A stretch of 64,000 bases of DNA, taken from NCBI GenBank assembly GCA_041565075.1, contig JBFGOQ010000002.1, positions 16,211 to 80,210 of the forward strand, written 5' to 3'. The notes under the pieces are model-generated. The model made no database searches. It saw nothing but the letters and a program-made list of their open reading frames with translations, and had not been told where the DNA came from. Source of the DNA: Gammaproteobacteria bacterium. Its GTDB lineage: Bacteria > Pseudomonadota > Gammaproteobacteria > Steroidobacterales > JABDLF01. A program made the translations under genes and the position numbers. Below are positions 20,270 through 32,632 of this stretch, in pieces; position 1 is the stretch's first letter, and each line of letters begins with the position of its first letter.

Positions 20270-21595
20270 GTGCAGACAACCCTTTGGAACCAATGCGTCA
20301 GGCAGCTCCAGGGCGAGGTGCCCGAACAGCAGTTCAACACCTGGATTCGGCCGCTGCAGGCGATCGAAGAGCCGGGCGTTTTGCGCCTGCTCGCCCCCAA
20401 CCGGTTTGTGGTGGACTGGGTCCGCGAGCACTACCTGGCCCGAATCTCGGAGGTTGCGGTAAGGGCGGCGGGCGATGACGACCAGCGCGTGATGCTCGAC
20501 ATGGGCCATAGCCGCCCCGCCCAGGTAACGATTTCTCCGCCAACACCGCAAAGCGCCCCTCGCGGGCCCATCGTCGGCGCAAGGCTGAACAGCGAGTACA
20601 CCTTCGCGAGCTTTGTAGAGGGCAAAAGCAACCAGCTGGCCAGGGCCGCCGCGACCCAGGTGGCCGAGAACCCGGGCACCGCATATAACCCGCTGTTTAT
20701 CTATGGTGGCGTGGGTCTTGGCAAGACCCACCTCATGCAGGCCGTCGGGAACGCGATCAAGGAGCGGCGGCCCGAGGCGGGCATCGCTTACGTGCACTCC
20801 GAGCGCTTCGTGGGAGACATGGTGCGGGCCCTGCAACACAACACGATTAACGAGTTCAAGCGCGCGTATCGTTCGCTGGACGCGCTGCTCATCGACGACA
20901 TCCAGTTTTTTGCTGGTAAAGAGCGCTCCCAGGAGGAGTTTTTCCACACCTTCAACGCCCTGCTCGAGGACAACCAGCAGGTAATTCTGACCTGCGACCG
21001 CTATCCCAAGGAGGTCAGCGGGCTGGAGGAGCGCCTGAAATCGCGTTTTGGCTGGGGGCTAACCGTCTCGGTTGAGCCGCCGGAGCTCGAGACCAGCGTG
21101 GCCATTCTTATGAGCAAGGCTGCGGCCGCGGGCATTCGTTTGCCGGAAGAGGTCGCATTTTTTATCGCCAAGCGAATTCGCTCGAATATACGTGAGCTCG
21201 AGGGTGCGCTGCGCCGCGTAATTGCCAGCGCCCACTTTACGGCAAAGACCATAAGTATTGAGCTCGCGCGCGAAGCGCTGCGCGACCTGCTGGCCCTGCA
21301 GGAGCGCCTGGTTACCATCGACAATATCCAGAAAACCGTGGCGGAATACTTTAAAATTCGCGTCGCCGACCTGTTGTCGAAAAGGCGCAGCCGCTCCATA
21401 ACGCGGCCTCGCCAGATCGCTATGTCGTTGGCCAAGGAGCTCACAAATCACAGCCTCCCGGAAATCGGGGACGCCTTTGGGGGCCGCGATCATACGACTG
21501 TCCTGCATGCGTGCAGAAAGGTGAAGGAGTTGCGCGGATCGGACACCCGGATCCGCGAGGATTACCTGAACCTGTTGAGAACGCTGACCACATGA
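20270..21595 (+). CDS. dnaA: Chromosomal replication initiator protein DnaA
   Basis: (M)[29 protein letters not shown]-terminus, AAA+ Walker [11 protein letters not shown], and C-terminal DNA-binding domain ([11 protein letters not shown]). GTG start at 20270, preceded by AAGGGAG. The track start at 20150 is too long. Confidence 0.96.
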   Translation: MQTTLWNQCVRQLQGEVPEQQFNTWIRPLQAIEEPGVLRLLAPNRFVVDWVREHYLARISEVAVRAAGDDDQRVMLDMGHSRPAQVTISPPTPQSAPRGPIVGARLNSEYTFASFVEGKSNQLARAAATQVAENPGTAYNPLFIYGGVGLGKTHLMQAVGNAIKERRPEAGIAYVHSERFVGDMVRALQHNTINEFKRAYRSLDALLIDDIQFFAGKERSQEEFFHTFNALLEDNQQVILTCDRYPKEVSGLEERLKSRFGWGLTVSVEPPELETSVAILMSKAAAAGIRLPEEVAFFIAKRIRSNIRELEGALRRVIASAHFTAKTISIELAREALRDLLALQERLVTIDNIQKTVAEYFKIRVADLLSKRRSRSITRPRQIAMSLAKELTNHSLPEIGDAFGGRDHTTVLHACRKVKELRGSDTRIREDYLNLLRTLTT

Positions 21596-21639
21596 TGTGG
21601 AAAAGGTGTGTGCGCGCGAGCGCGGTTTTTTTATCCACA
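21596..21639. promoter_or_regulatory. Two DnaA boxes immediately downstream of dnaA
   Basis: TGTGGAAAA (21596-21604) is the reverse of TTTTCCACA and fits the relaxed consensus TTWTNCACA. A perfect TTATCCACA lies at 21631-21639. A weak GC hairpin plus T7 run sits between them. Confidence 0.6.
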
Positions 21640-21677
21640 GGTTGTGCCCAGTTTGTGGGGTGTCGCCGAACAGGGCC

Positions 21678-21800
21678 ATACATTATTTTTGTCTGATAGT
21701 GAATTGTTTTTAAAGGGGTTTTTTGTTTAGTCCACAGCGGGTTGAGCCCTATTTAATTACAATAAAGATATATATCCAATATATATAAACAGGTGAATAC
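21678..21800. other. AT-rich island in the dnaA-dnaN spacer (candidate DNA-unwinding element and/or dnaN promoter)
   Basis: CATTATTTTTGTCTGATAGTGAATTGTTTTTAAAGG ... ATTTAATTACAATAAAGATATATATCCAATATATATAAAC is by eye the most AT-rich stretch of the window. It contains a 2-mismatch DnaA-like box, TAGTCCACA, at 21728-21736. Confidence 0.45.
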
Positions 21801-22895
21801 ATGAAATTCAGTGCTCAGCGAGAAACGCTGCTAGAGCCGCTCCAGGCCGTAATCGGAGTCGTCGAACGGCGGCAGACGATGCCCATTCTGGCCAACCTTC
21901 TATTGGTGGTGAGCGGCGGACGCCTCACTGTCACGGCGACAGATCTTGAGGTGGAACTGGTGGCATCAGCCGAGGTTGATGAGGGCGAGGATGGAGAAAT
22001 CACGCTGCCGGGGCGAAAGCTGGTGGATATTTGCCGGGCGCTGCCGGATAAGGCGAGCGTAACGGTAAATGTTACCGGTGAGCGGGCAGCCGTCACGTCC
22101 GGGCGCAGCCGCTTCAGCCTTGCCACTTTGCCCGCGGGTGAGTTCCCCACGGTGGAAGAGATCGGGGTGGAAACCGAGCTGTCCCTGAAGCAGGCGGACG
22201 CGCGGCGGCTGTTTGAAAAAACACAATTTTCGATGGCACAGCAGGACGTTCGCTACTATCTGAACGGCCTGTTGCTTGAGGTGGACGGGGACCGGCTGCG
22301 CGGCGTGGCGACGGACGGTCACCGGCTGGCGTTGTGCGAGGTTGATCTTGCCAAGGGCAAAGGAAACCAGCAGGTTATCGTGCCGCGCAAGGGGGTGCTG
22401 GAGCTGCAGCGGCTTATGGGCGGGGGCGGCGACCTGACGCTGGGCATAGGCGCGAACCATATTCGGGCACAGGTGGGCAACATCAGGTTCACCTCGAAAT
22501 TGATTGACGGGCGATTCCCGGAGTATGGGCGGGTGATTCCGGCAGCTGAGGGCCCGGCAATTCATGCGGATCGGCAGGGGCTGCGCCACGCGCTGCAGCG
22601 CGCGGCGATCCTGTCCAACGAAAAATATCGGGGCATTCGCCTGGATGTGGGGACAGAAAAGCTGATGATCCAGGCCCACAACCCGGAGCAGGAAGAGGCG
22701 GAAGAAGAGGTGCGGGTTACCTACTCCGGCGACCCGCTGGAAATCGGCTTCAATGTGAATTATCTGCTTGATGCGCTGGCGGCGGTAGAGAGCGATGAGG
22801 TTGAAATCTGGCTCAAGGACTCCAATAGCAGCTGCCTGATAGCAGCGCCCGGCGACCAGAGCTGCGAATACGTCGTAATGCCAATGCGGCTGTGA
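21801..22895 (+). CDS. dnaN: DNA polymerase III beta sliding clamp
   Basis: MKFSAQRETLLEPLQAVIGVVERRQTMPILANLLL and C-terminal YVVMPMRL. RBS AGGTGA upstream. Confidence 0.96.
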   Translation: MKFSAQRETLLEPLQAVIGVVERRQTMPILANLLLVVSGGRLTVTATDLEVELVASAEVDEGEDGEITLPGRKLVDICRALPDKASVTVNVTGERAAVTSGRSRFSLATLPAGEFPTVEEIGVETELSLKQADARRLFEKTQFSMAQQDVRYYLNGLLLEVDGDRLRGVATDGHRLALCEVDLAKGKGNQQVIVPRKGVLELQRLMGGGGDLTLGIGANHIRAQVGNIRFTSKLIDGRFPEYGRVIPAAEGPAIHADRQGLRHALQRAAILSNEKYRGIRLDVGTEKLMIQAHNPEQEEAEEEVRVTYSGDPLEIGFNVNYLLDALAAVESDEVEIWLKDSNSSCLIAAPGDQSCEYVVMPMRL

Positions 22896-22973
22896 GGCCG
22901 CGACGCGGCCGGGGGTTTCACGTGAAACACCGCCGCGGCGGCCGGCAAGGGCCCCACTGACAGCCGGCGCTCC

Positions 22974-24041
22974 ATGGCCCTCAAAACCCTGAAAATCTCC
23001 GACTTTCGCTGTTTGGCGGCGGCCGAGGTCAGCCTGAGCGAGGGCGATAATTACTTCTTCGGGCCAAACGGGGCGGGCAAGACCAGCATCCTGGAGGCGG
23101 CCTATTTCCTTGGGCGCGGGCGCTCTTTCAGAACCCACCAGAACGCACGGCTGATCCGCGACGGCGCGGAGAGGTTTGAAATCGTGGGGCAGGTTTCCTG
23201 GGCGGACATCGACGTGGTGCTTGGGGTGCGGGGCGCGCGGGGGGTGACGGAGGTTCGGGTCGGCGGCGCGCCCGCGGCGAGCCTTGCCGCCCTGGCGGAG
23301 CGGCTTGCCGTGCAGGTGATTGATCCGGAAGTGCACAAACTGGTGGAAGAGGGCCCGGGCCACCGGCGGCGGTTTCTCGACTGGGGGGTGTTTCACGTGA
23401 AACACGGCTTTCTTGTGGCATGGCGCCGCCACCAGCGGGCGCTCAGGCAGAGAAATGCTGCGCTGCGGCAAAGCCAGCCGGCACTTCGCGTCGCCAGCTG
23501 GGACGCCGAGTTGCTTGCTGCGGCGCAGCAAATCACCGCCATGCGCAAAGAATATTCCGCCGAGCTCGAGGCGCGCGCCACGGAGGCCACGCTCGCGCTG
23601 CTGGGTGCGCCACTTAGCCTCGATTACGCCCGCGGCTGGCCCGCCGATCAAAGTCTGGATGAGGCCATGGCGGCAAGTCTCGCCCGCGACAGGGAGCGCG
23701 GCAGAACGCACCTTGGCCCGCAGCGGGCAGATCTCAAAATACGCCTGGGGGGCCGGGCCGCACGAGACCGCGTGTCAAGGGGACAGCAAAAGCTGTTGGC
23801 TTCGGCGCTGGTGCTGGCGCAGCTGGACATCCTTCGGGACCACACCGGCAGGTCCGGCGTCCTGTTGCTCGATGACCCCGCTGCAGAGCTTGATGCGGGT
23901 GCCCTGGAGCGGCTGCTGGCCCGCATTTCCTCAATGGGTGTGCAGCGGCTGGTCACCGGCCTGGATGCGCGCGGCCTTGCGCCGGAAAAGGGCGCCGCAC
24001 GCTTCAGCGTGGACGCGGGAAAGGTTGCTGAAATGATATAA
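22974..24041 (+). CDS. recF: DNA replication and repair protein RecF
   Basis: Walker A GPNGAGKTSILEA, the RRFLDWGVFH motif, signature SRGQQKLLASAL, and Walker B LLLDDPAAELD. Confidence 0.95.
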   Translation: MALKTLKISDFRCLAAAEVSLSEGDNYFFGPNGAGKTSILEAAYFLGRGRSFRTHQNARLIRDGAERFEIVGQVSWADIDVVLGVRGARGVTEVRVGGAPAASLAALAERLAVQVIDPEVHKLVEEGPGHRRRFLDWGVFHVKHGFLVAWRRHQRALRQRNAALRQSQPALRVASWDAELLAAAQQITAMRKEYSAELEARATEATLALLGAPLSLDYARGWPADQSLDEAMAASLARDRERGRTHLGPQRADLKIRLGGRAARDRVSRGQQKLLASALVLAQLDILRDHTGRSGVLLLDDPAAELDAGALERLLARISSMGVQRLVTGLDARGLAPEKGAARFSVDAGKVAEMI

Positions 24042-26507
<2,466 letters not shown>

Positions 26508-26535
26508 ATACGTCCCGCCGCTGGCGACGAGTCGG

Positions 26536-27270
26536 TCAGTTCTGGCGCGCGCGTAGCAGTGCCAGCCGGCCCTCGATCCATTCCTGAGCCTCAGCGTTGA
26601 TATCCGTTGGTGCGCGGCCGTAGGTGTCGATCGGGGCCCCGATAAACACCTGCACTGTGCCCGGGTATTTCATAAAGCTGCGCCGCGGCCAGAAATCACC
26701 GGCATTGTGAGCTACCGGCAAGATTTTCTTATTGGCTTCGCGGGCGAGTACCGCACCGCTCAAGCCGTAGCGCCGCGTCTTGCCGGGCGGCACCCTGGTG
26801 CCCTCGGGGAAGATCATTACCCACAGCCCATCGGCAAGCCGCTGCTTGCCCTGTTCCACCACCTGTTCCAGCGCTGTGCGGCGCGCGCCGCGGTCGATGG
26901 CTATGGGCCGGAGCTTGAGCAGCGCCCAGCCTACAAACGGCACCCACATCAGTTCATGTTTAAGAACCCAGCATTGACGAGGAAACAAGACCAGCTCCAC
27001 GATGGTTTCCCAGACGGACTCGTGCTTGAGATAAACGACGCAGTTCTCACGCGGAATATTTTCCGCACCATGCACGACGTAATCCAGACCAAGCACATGC
27101 TTGAGAAGCCACACGAAGACGTGTCCGAATGACCGGACGATGTTGTAAACCGCGGCGTGTGGCAAGAGCGCGCCCAGCATGACCAGAATTGCATGCACAA
27201 TCAGCGCCAGCAGGCCGAGGGCCATGAATAGCAACGAGCGTACAAAGACAATCAGCTTGTTGCGCTTCAC
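26536..27270 (-). CDS. plsC: 1-acyl-sn-glycerol-3-phosphate (lysophospholipid) acyltransferase
   Basis: An N-terminal TM followed by acyltransferase blocks (KHESVWET, FPEGTR). Its position after gyrB matches Pseudomonas-type synteny. Confidence 0.8.
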   Translation of the reverse strand: MKRNKLIVFVRSLLFMALGLLALIVHAILVMLGALLPHAAVYNIVRSFGHVFVWLLKHVLGLDYVVHGAENIPRENCVVYLKHESVWETIVELVLFPRQCWVLKHELMWVPFVGWALLKLRPIAIDRGARRTALEQVVEQGKQRLADGLWVMIFPEGTRVPPGKTRRYGLSGAVLAREANKKILPVAHNAGDFWPRRSFMKYPGTVQVFIGAPIDTYGRAPTDINAEAQEWIEGRLALLRARQN

Positions 27271-27806
27271 GAGGCGGCCTCAACAGCCAGTAACTGTGCC
27301 ACTGCCGCCAGGTCGTCGGCGACGGTGACGCCCGGGCCGACACTTGCCTCGGCTTTTTTGCCGTTGCCGGTGCGCACGAGAATGGCCCGTGCGTTTACCG
27401 CCTGGGCCGCAGTTATGTCACGCTGCGAGTCCCCCACCACGGTCATCGCGGCGGCAGGAATTCCGTAAATACTTGCGAGTTGGTTTAGCAAGCCGGGGCG
27501 CGGTTTGCGACACGGACAGCCAGCCTCGGGCAGGTGCGGACAATATACGATTTGATCAATCTCGCCGCCGCGTTCGGCGACAGCAGTTCGCATTTTCTCG
27601 TGTATTCGTTCGAGAGCCGGCTCATCCAGGTACTTGCGGCCCACCCCGGATTGATTGGTGGCGACCGCAACGGTCCAGCCGCTCGCACACAGCGCGGAGA
27701 TCGCCTCCAGGCTGCCCGGCAGGGGCCGCCAGTCATCGGCAGAACGAATGTAATCGGGCGAGTCTTCGTTTACAACGCCGTCGCGATCGAGCACCAACAG
27801 TTTCAT
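27267..27806 (-). CDS. gmhB: D-glycero-beta-D-manno-heptose-1,7-bisphosphate 7-phosphatase (HAD-IIIA)
   Basis: LVLDRDGVVN (DxD), TNQSG, zinc motif CPHLPEAGCPCRKP, and GDSQRD. The start is set at MKLLVLDRDG (ATG 27804-27806). Confidence 0.88.
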   Translation of the reverse strand: MKLLVLDRDGVVNEDSPDYIRSADDWRPLPGSLEAISALCASGWTVAVATNQSGVGRKYLDEPALERIHEKMRTAVAERGGEIDQIVYCPHLPEAGCPCRKPRPGLLNQLASIYGIPAAAMTVVGDSQRDITAAQAVNARAILVRTGNGKKAEASVGPGVTVADDLAAVAQLLAVEAAS

Positions 27807-27807
27807 C

Positions 27808-29898
27808 TCAGGGCGGTGACAACCGGGAGATGTCAGCGGTGTCTGTGAACAGCCGATGCAGGCCATCAAGTAACGACAGGCGGTTGTTCATCAGCTGCGG
27901 ATCGTCACACATGACCATGACATCATCAAAAAAGCGATCGACGGGCGCCCGCAGCCCGGCGAGCTCCGACAGCGCCGACTCATAGTTACCCCGGCTGACT
28001 TCCTCCGACACGCGCGGTGCAACCGCCTGCATACTGTCGAACAATTTCCTTTCTGCTTCCTCCTGGAACAGGGCCGGATCGCTTTCTCGCGGCCAGGCGG
28101 TCTCCGCCTTCCTCAGAATGTTGGCGATACGCTTGTTGGCGGCCGCCAGGGATACCGCAGCCTCCAGTGCCATGAAGTTCCGGACCGCCAGGATGCGCCG
28201 GTGAAAGTCCAGGGGGCGAGACGGGCGTCGTGCGAGCACCGCCTCGAACATCTCCGGCGTGATACTCGCGCCCTGTGTGCCGTCGACATAGTAGGCGCGC
28301 AGACGCTCGAGCATATAGTCGAGCACGGCAGCTTCGACACCAGGCTCTGCGGACACCTCGGGCAAGAGAGTCGCCGCCTTGGCGAGCGCCTGTGCCAGGT
28401 CGAGCTCCAGCTCGCATTCGATCAGGATGCGCAGGGCACCCAGCGCCGCACGGCGCAGACCGAAGGGATCGCGCGTGCCGGTGGGCGCCTGGCCGATGGC
28501 GAATATGCCAACGAGGGTATCGAGCTTGTCGGCGATGGCAAGCGCACGCCCCGCAGGCGTCTCGGGCAGGGCATCGCCGGCGTGACGGGGCAAATAGAGT
28601 TCGCCAACGGCCGCCGCCACGAGCGGATCTTCCCCGCCGGCCAGCGCGTAATAACGCCCCATTGTTCCCTGCAATTCCGGGAACTCACCGACCATGTCTG
28701 TGACCAGGTCGCAACGGGACAGCAGCGCCGCCCGGCCAGTGACCGTGGTGTCGGCGCCGCAATCCGCGGCGATGTGTTCTGCCAGCGCACGAACCCTGCG
28801 GGTCTTGTCGGCCAGGGACCCCAGCTTTGCCTGGAACAGAACGCCGTCAAGGCGCGCAAAGCGATCGGCGAGCTTGAGTTTCTTGTCCGCAGCATAGAAG
28901 AAGGCGGCGTCAGCAAGCCGTGGGCGCACCACGCGCTCGTTGCCCTCGCGAACCTGCTCCGGGCGCGCGCTGGCGATGTTGGAAATCGCCACGAAAGAGG
29001 GCAGCAAGCCGCCTTCGGGTCCGCGCAAGGGAAAATAGCGTTGATGCGATTGCAGCGTGGCAATGAGCACTTCTTCGGGCAGCGTAAGAAATTCGCGCGG
29101 TATTGCGCCACTCACAGCCTGCGGCCACTCAACCAGCGCCGTAACTTCGTCAAGCAAGGCGTCGTCCATTACAGGCGCGCCGCCAACCTCAGCAGCGGCG
29201 TCCTTTACCAGCGCGAGCACGCGGTCGCGGCGGGCGTCGAAATCTGCGATGACGCTGCCCTTGTCCAGCAATACGCCGGGATAATCCGTTGCCGCGCCGA
29301 GCACAAACGGCCCCGGGCCATGGACACGATGACCGCGCGTCTCGTTCCCCGCCACCACGCCGAACAATGTCGCTGGTATGGTTTCTTTGTCCAGCATCAA
29401 AACCACCCAGTGCACGGGACGGACAAACTCGGCGGTGCTGTCACCCCAGCGCATGCGCCGCGGAATCGGCAGCTGATCGAGCGCTTTTTGAACGATGTCC
29501 GGGAGCAGCACACTTGCATCGCTACCGGCTTCCCGGCCACGAAAATACAACCACTCGCCTTTGGGCGTTGCGACGCGATCCAGGTCGGCGACGGTAACGC
29601 CATGGCTGGCCGCAAAACCCTTCGCGGCCTTACTCGGGGCGCCGCTTTTGTCGTATGCGATTTTCACGGGCGGGCCGCGATGCTCCACGTCCCGGTCTTC
29701 CTGTTTGACCGCAAGGTCAGTCACTTTTACAGCGAGGCGCCGTGGACTCGCGTAGGCATGCATTTCACCATGAGCGAGCGCGGCGTCATCGATGCCGCGC
29801 AGCAGCGCGCTGGCGAAAGCCTGCATAAGGGGGCGCAGCGCCTTTGGTGGCAGCTCTTCGGTCCCGATCTCTACCAGGAACTCGCGAGTATCTGACAT
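27808..29898 (-). CDS. glyS: Glycine--tRNA ligase beta subunit
   Basis: 696 aa with N-terminus FLVEIGTEELPPKAL. Sits immediately downstream of glyQ. Confidence 0.96.
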   Translation of the reverse strand: MSDTREFLVEIGTEELPPKALRPLMQAFASALLRGIDDAALAHGEMHAYASPRRLAVKVTDLAVKQEDRDVEHRGPPVKIAYDKSGAPSKAAKGFAASHGVTVADLDRVATPKGEWLYFRGREAGSDASVLLPDIVQKALDQLPIPRRMRWGDSTAEFVRPVHWVVLMLDKETIPATLFGVVAGNETRGHRVHGPGPFVLGAATDYPGVLLDKGSVIADFDARRDRVLALVKDAAAEVGGAPVMDDALLDEVTALVEWPQAVSGAIPREFLTLPEEVLIATLQSHQRYFPLRGPEGGLLPSFVAISNIASARPEQVREGNERVVRPRLADAAFFYAADKKLKLADRFARLDGVLFQAKLGSLADKTRRVRALAEHIAADCGADTTVTGRAALLSRCDLVTDMVGEFPELQGTMGRYYALAGGEDPLVAAAVGELYLPRHAGDALPETPAGRALAIADKLDTLVGIFAIGQAPTGTRDPFGLRRAALGALRILIECELELDLAQALAKAATLLPEVSAEPGVEAAVLDYMLERLRAYYVDGTQGASITPEMFEAVLARRPSRPLDFHRRILAVRNFMALEAAVSLAAANKRIANILRKAETAWPRESDPALFQEEAERKLFDSMQAVAPRVSEEVSRGNYESALSELAGLRAPVDRFFDDVMVMCDDPQLMNNRLSLLDGLHRLFTDTADISRLSPP

Positions 29899-29904
29899 GC
29901 TTGC

Positions 29905-30822
29905 TTATCCGTTGTTGGCCAGCAGCGGGAATCCCAGTGCTTCACGATTTTCGTAGTAAGTGCTTGCGACAGCCCGCGCAAGATCCCTTACCCGGAGAAT
30001 ATACCGCTGCCGTTCGGTGACGGAGATTGCATGGCGCGCATCGAGCAAGTTGAATGCATGCGATGCCTGCAGGACCTGCTCGTAGGCGGGCAGAGCCAGG
30101 CCCTGTTTGACCAGGGCGCGACTTTGCGCCTCGCAGGCATCGAACCGGGCAAACAATGTATCGACGTCGGCCAGTTCGAAATTGTATTTCGACTGCTCAA
30201 CCTCGTTCTGATGAAACACGTCGCCGTAGGTCACCTGGCCCTGGGGGCCCTCTGTCCACAACACATCGAAAACCGAAGCCACGTCCTGCAGATACATCGC
30301 GATGCGCTCCAGGCCATAGGTGATCTCCCCGGTCACCGGCTTGCAGTCGAGGCCTCCGGCCTGCTGAAAATAAGTGAATTGCGTGACCTCCATGCCGTCC
30401 AGCCACACTTCCCAGCCGAGGCCCCAGGCACCCAGCGTCGGCGATTCCCAGTTGTCCTCGACGAACCTGATGTCGTGGATCGTTGGATCGACGCCCAGAA
30501 ACTGCAGGGACTCAAGGTAAACATCCTGGATATCCGCCGGCGACGGTTTGAGGACGACCTGGAACTGGTAGTAATGCTGCAGGCGATTGGGGTTTTCACC
30601 GTAACGGCCGTCGGTGGGGCGCCGGCAAGGCTGAACATATGCCGCATTCCAGGGCTCGGGGCCAATGGCCCGCAGGAACGTTGCCGGGTGAAATGTGCCC
30701 GCGCCCATCTCCATGTCATAGGGCTGCAGAATCACGCAGCCTTTCTTGGCCCAAAAATCCTGCAAACGGCCAATAAGGGCCTGAAAGTTGCCAGGGGCGC
30801 CGTTCTTGTCGGTATTTGTCAT
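29905..30822 (-). CDS. glyQ: Glycine--tRNA ligase alpha subunit
   Basis: [40 protein letters not shown] is highly conserved GlyQ sequence. Confidence 0.97.
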   Translation of the reverse strand: MTNTDKNGAPGNFQALIGRLQDFWAKKGCVILQPYDMEMGAGTFHPATFLRAIGPEPWNAAYVQPCRRPTDGRYGENPNRLQHYYQFQVVLKPSPADIQDVYLESLQFLGVDPTIHDIRFVEDNWESPTLGAWGLGWEVWLDGMEVTQFTYFQQAGGLDCKPVTGEITYGLERIAMYLQDVASVFDVLWTEGPQGQVTYGDVFHQNEVEQSKYNFELADVDTLFARFDACEAQSRALVKQGLALPAYEQVLQASHAFNLLDARHAISVTERQRYILRVRDLARAVASTYYENREALGFPLLANNG

Positions 30823-30941
30823 GAACGTGTCGCTAAATGTTCAAAAATGGAAGGCCGGTCGCCAGTATGAAATCCCAAGCGCGCGGCGGCATGCTCCAAA
30901 AAAAACCTCTTTGCACCATAAACGAGCAGTGGTATCCTCTC

Positions 30942-30958
30942 CGCCCCATAATGGTGCA
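30942..30958. promoter_or_regulatory. Putative NtrC-type enhancer site upstream of glnA
   Basis: CGCCCCA-TAA-TGGTGCA matches TGCACCA-N3-TGGTGCA at 15 of 17 positions. A perfect half-site TGCACCA lies at 30912-30918. Both sit 75-120 bp upstream of the sigma-54-like element. Confidence 0.4.
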
Positions 30959-31032
30959 GGGGGTCTCCCGGGTCTGGTGCGAGAGCCGACCCTTGGCAGG
31001 CTTTGTCGCAACAGGCGGCCATTCTGCCTAAG

Positions 31033-31048
31033 TGGCGCAGATCATGCA
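31033..31048 (+). promoter_or_regulatory. Putative sigma-54 (-24/-12) promoter of glnA
   Basis: TGGCGC-AGATC-ATGCA has GG and GC at the canonical spacing (consensus TGGCAC-N5-TTGCA). It lies 78 nt upstream of the glnA ATG. Confidence 0.5.
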
Positions 31049-31125
31049 CTAATCGAGAAAACATGTGAGGCCCCGCAGCGGGCCTTGAGGAAACACGCCA
31101 GCTGGTACTTCGGAGGAAATCATTC

Positions 31126-32535
31126 ATGAGCCCGTCAGACGTTTTGGAATTCATCAGAGAAAAAGAAGTGGCCTTTGTGGATCTGCGTTTTACAGATACA
31201 CGAGGCAAGGAACAGCACGTAACCGTACCCGGGTCAGTCATAGACGATGATTTTTTCGACAACGGCAAGATGTTCGACGGTTCGTCGATCTCCGGTTGGA
31301 AGGGCATCAACGAGTCCGACATGATTCTCATGCCCGAGCCCGCCAGCGCGGTGCTCGATGTGTTTACCGAAGACAATACCCTGGTGCTGCGCTGTGACGT
31401 CATCGAGCCCAGCACGATGCAAGGCTATGGGCGCGACCCAAGGTCTATTGCCAAGCGCGCGGAAGCCTACCTGAAGTCGACGGGGATCGCGGACCAGGCA
31501 TTCTTCGGGCCCGAAAACGAATTCTTCGTCTTTGATGACGTGCGCTGGGGCAGTGATATGAGCGGCGCGTCTTACAAAATTGACTCGTCCGAAGCGGGCT
31601 GGAATTCCGAAAAGGTTTATCAGGATGGCAACTTTGGCCATCGTCCCGGAATCAAGGGAGGCTATTTTCCTGTGCCACCGGTTGATTCCCTGCATGACAT
31701 CAGGTCGGCAATGTGCCTGGCCCTTGAGGAAATGGGGCTCAAGACCGAGGTGCACCACCATGAGGTCGCAACAGCGGGCCAGTGTGAAATCGGCGTAGGG
31801 TTCAATTCGCTCGTTAGAAAAGCCGACGAAGTCCAGACCCTGAAATATGTGGTAATGAATGTGGCGCATGGGTATGGCAAGAGCGCGACTTTCATGCCCA
31901 AGCCGTTGGTGGGCGATAACGGCAACGGCATGCATGTGCATCAGTCACTGGCCAAAGACGGCAACAATCTGTTCACCGGCGATGGTTATGGCGGGCTTTC
32001 GGAGGCAGCGTTCTTTTACATTGGTGGAATTGTCAAACATGCGCGCGCGCTGAACGCGTTTACAAATTCCAGCACCAACAGCTACAAGCGCCTGGTGCCG
32101 GGCTTCGAGGCACCCGTGAAGCTGGCTTACTCGGCCCGCAACCGATCAGCCTCTATTCGTATTCCGTTCATCGCCAATCCCAAGGCGCGGCGCATCGAAG
32201 TTCGTTTTCCGGATTCCACCTGCAATCCCTATTTCGCATTTACCGCAATGCTGATGGCCGGGCTGGACGGCATTCAGAACAAAATTCATCCGGGCGACCC
32301 GATGGACAAGGATCTTTACGATCTGCCGCCGGAAGAATCCGGGGACATTCCGGAGGTTTGTTACTCGCTTGAGGAAGCCCTGGGTGCGCTGGATGCGGAC
32401 CGGGAGTTCCTGAAGGCGGGTGGCGTATTCAGTGATGATGCCATTGATGCGTTTATCGAACTAAAGATGGAAGAAGTAACGCGGCTGCGCATGACCACCC
32501 ACCCGGTGGAGTTCGACATGTACTACAGCCTCTGA
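31126..32535 (+). CDS. glnA: Glutamine synthetase type I
   Basis: 469 aa with GS-I motifs ([22 protein letters not shown]) and the adenylylation-site region [10 protein letters not shown]. Confidence 0.97.
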   Translation: MSPSDVLEFIREKEVAFVDLRFTDTRGKEQHVTVPGSVIDDDFFDNGKMFDGSSISGWKGINESDMILMPEPASAVLDVFTEDNTLVLRCDVIEPSTMQGYGRDPRSIAKRAEAYLKSTGIADQAFFGPENEFFVFDDVRWGSDMSGASYKIDSSEAGWNSEKVYQDGNFGHRPGIKGGYFPVPPVDSLHDIRSAMCLALEEMGLKTEVHHHEVATAGQCEIGVGFNSLVRKADEVQTLKYVVMNVAHGYGKSATFMPKPLVGDNGNGMHVHQSLAKDGNNLFTGDGYGGLSEAAFFYIGGIVKHARALNAFTNSSTNSYKRLVPGFEAPVKLAYSARNRSASIRIPFIANPKARRIEVRFPDSTCNPYFAFTAMLMAGLDGIQNKIHPGDPMDKDLYDLPPEESGDIPEVCYSLEEALGALDADREFLKAGGVFSDDAIDAFIELKMEEVTRLRMTTHPVEFDMYYSL

Positions 32536-32544
32536 CGGGCGGTC

Positions 32545-32600
32545 GAGACCAGCCGGCGCGCGGGGGAATCCGCCGGCGCCGGCGTGGTCTCAAGGTTTTG
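32545..32600 (+). terminator. Probable glnA terminator (long GC-rich hairpin)
   Basis: GAGACCA-GCCGGCG...CGCCGGC-...-TGGTCTC is an inverted repeat at 32545-32591, followed by AAGGTTTTGTG. Confidence 0.5.
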
Positions 32601-32632
32601 TGAGATGCGACCACACCAGCTATCCTGTGGCC

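Noticed and set aside
22897-22911. GGCCGCGACGCGGCC after dnaN as a possible intrinsic terminator
   Set aside because: The palindrome leaves at most a 3-nt loop and is followed by a G run rather than a T tract. dnaN-recF read-through is the usual arrangement.
21966-23711. A 581-aa minus-strand ORF spanning dnaN and recF
   Set aside because: It is antisense to two unambiguous, highly conserved genes. Its sequence is low-complexity and Arg/Pro/Ala/Gly-rich, typical of out-of-frame reading in high-GC DNA, and it contains no recognisable motif.
28201-29895. A 564-aa plus-strand ORF
   Set aside because: It is antisense to glyS, which is unambiguous, and has the same high-GC artefact composition.
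30994-31010. An alternative sigma-54-like element, TGGCAG-N6-TCGCA, upstream of glnA
   Set aside because: The GG-to-GC spacing is one base too long compared with the canonical -24/-12 geometry. The element at 31033-31048 has correct spacing.
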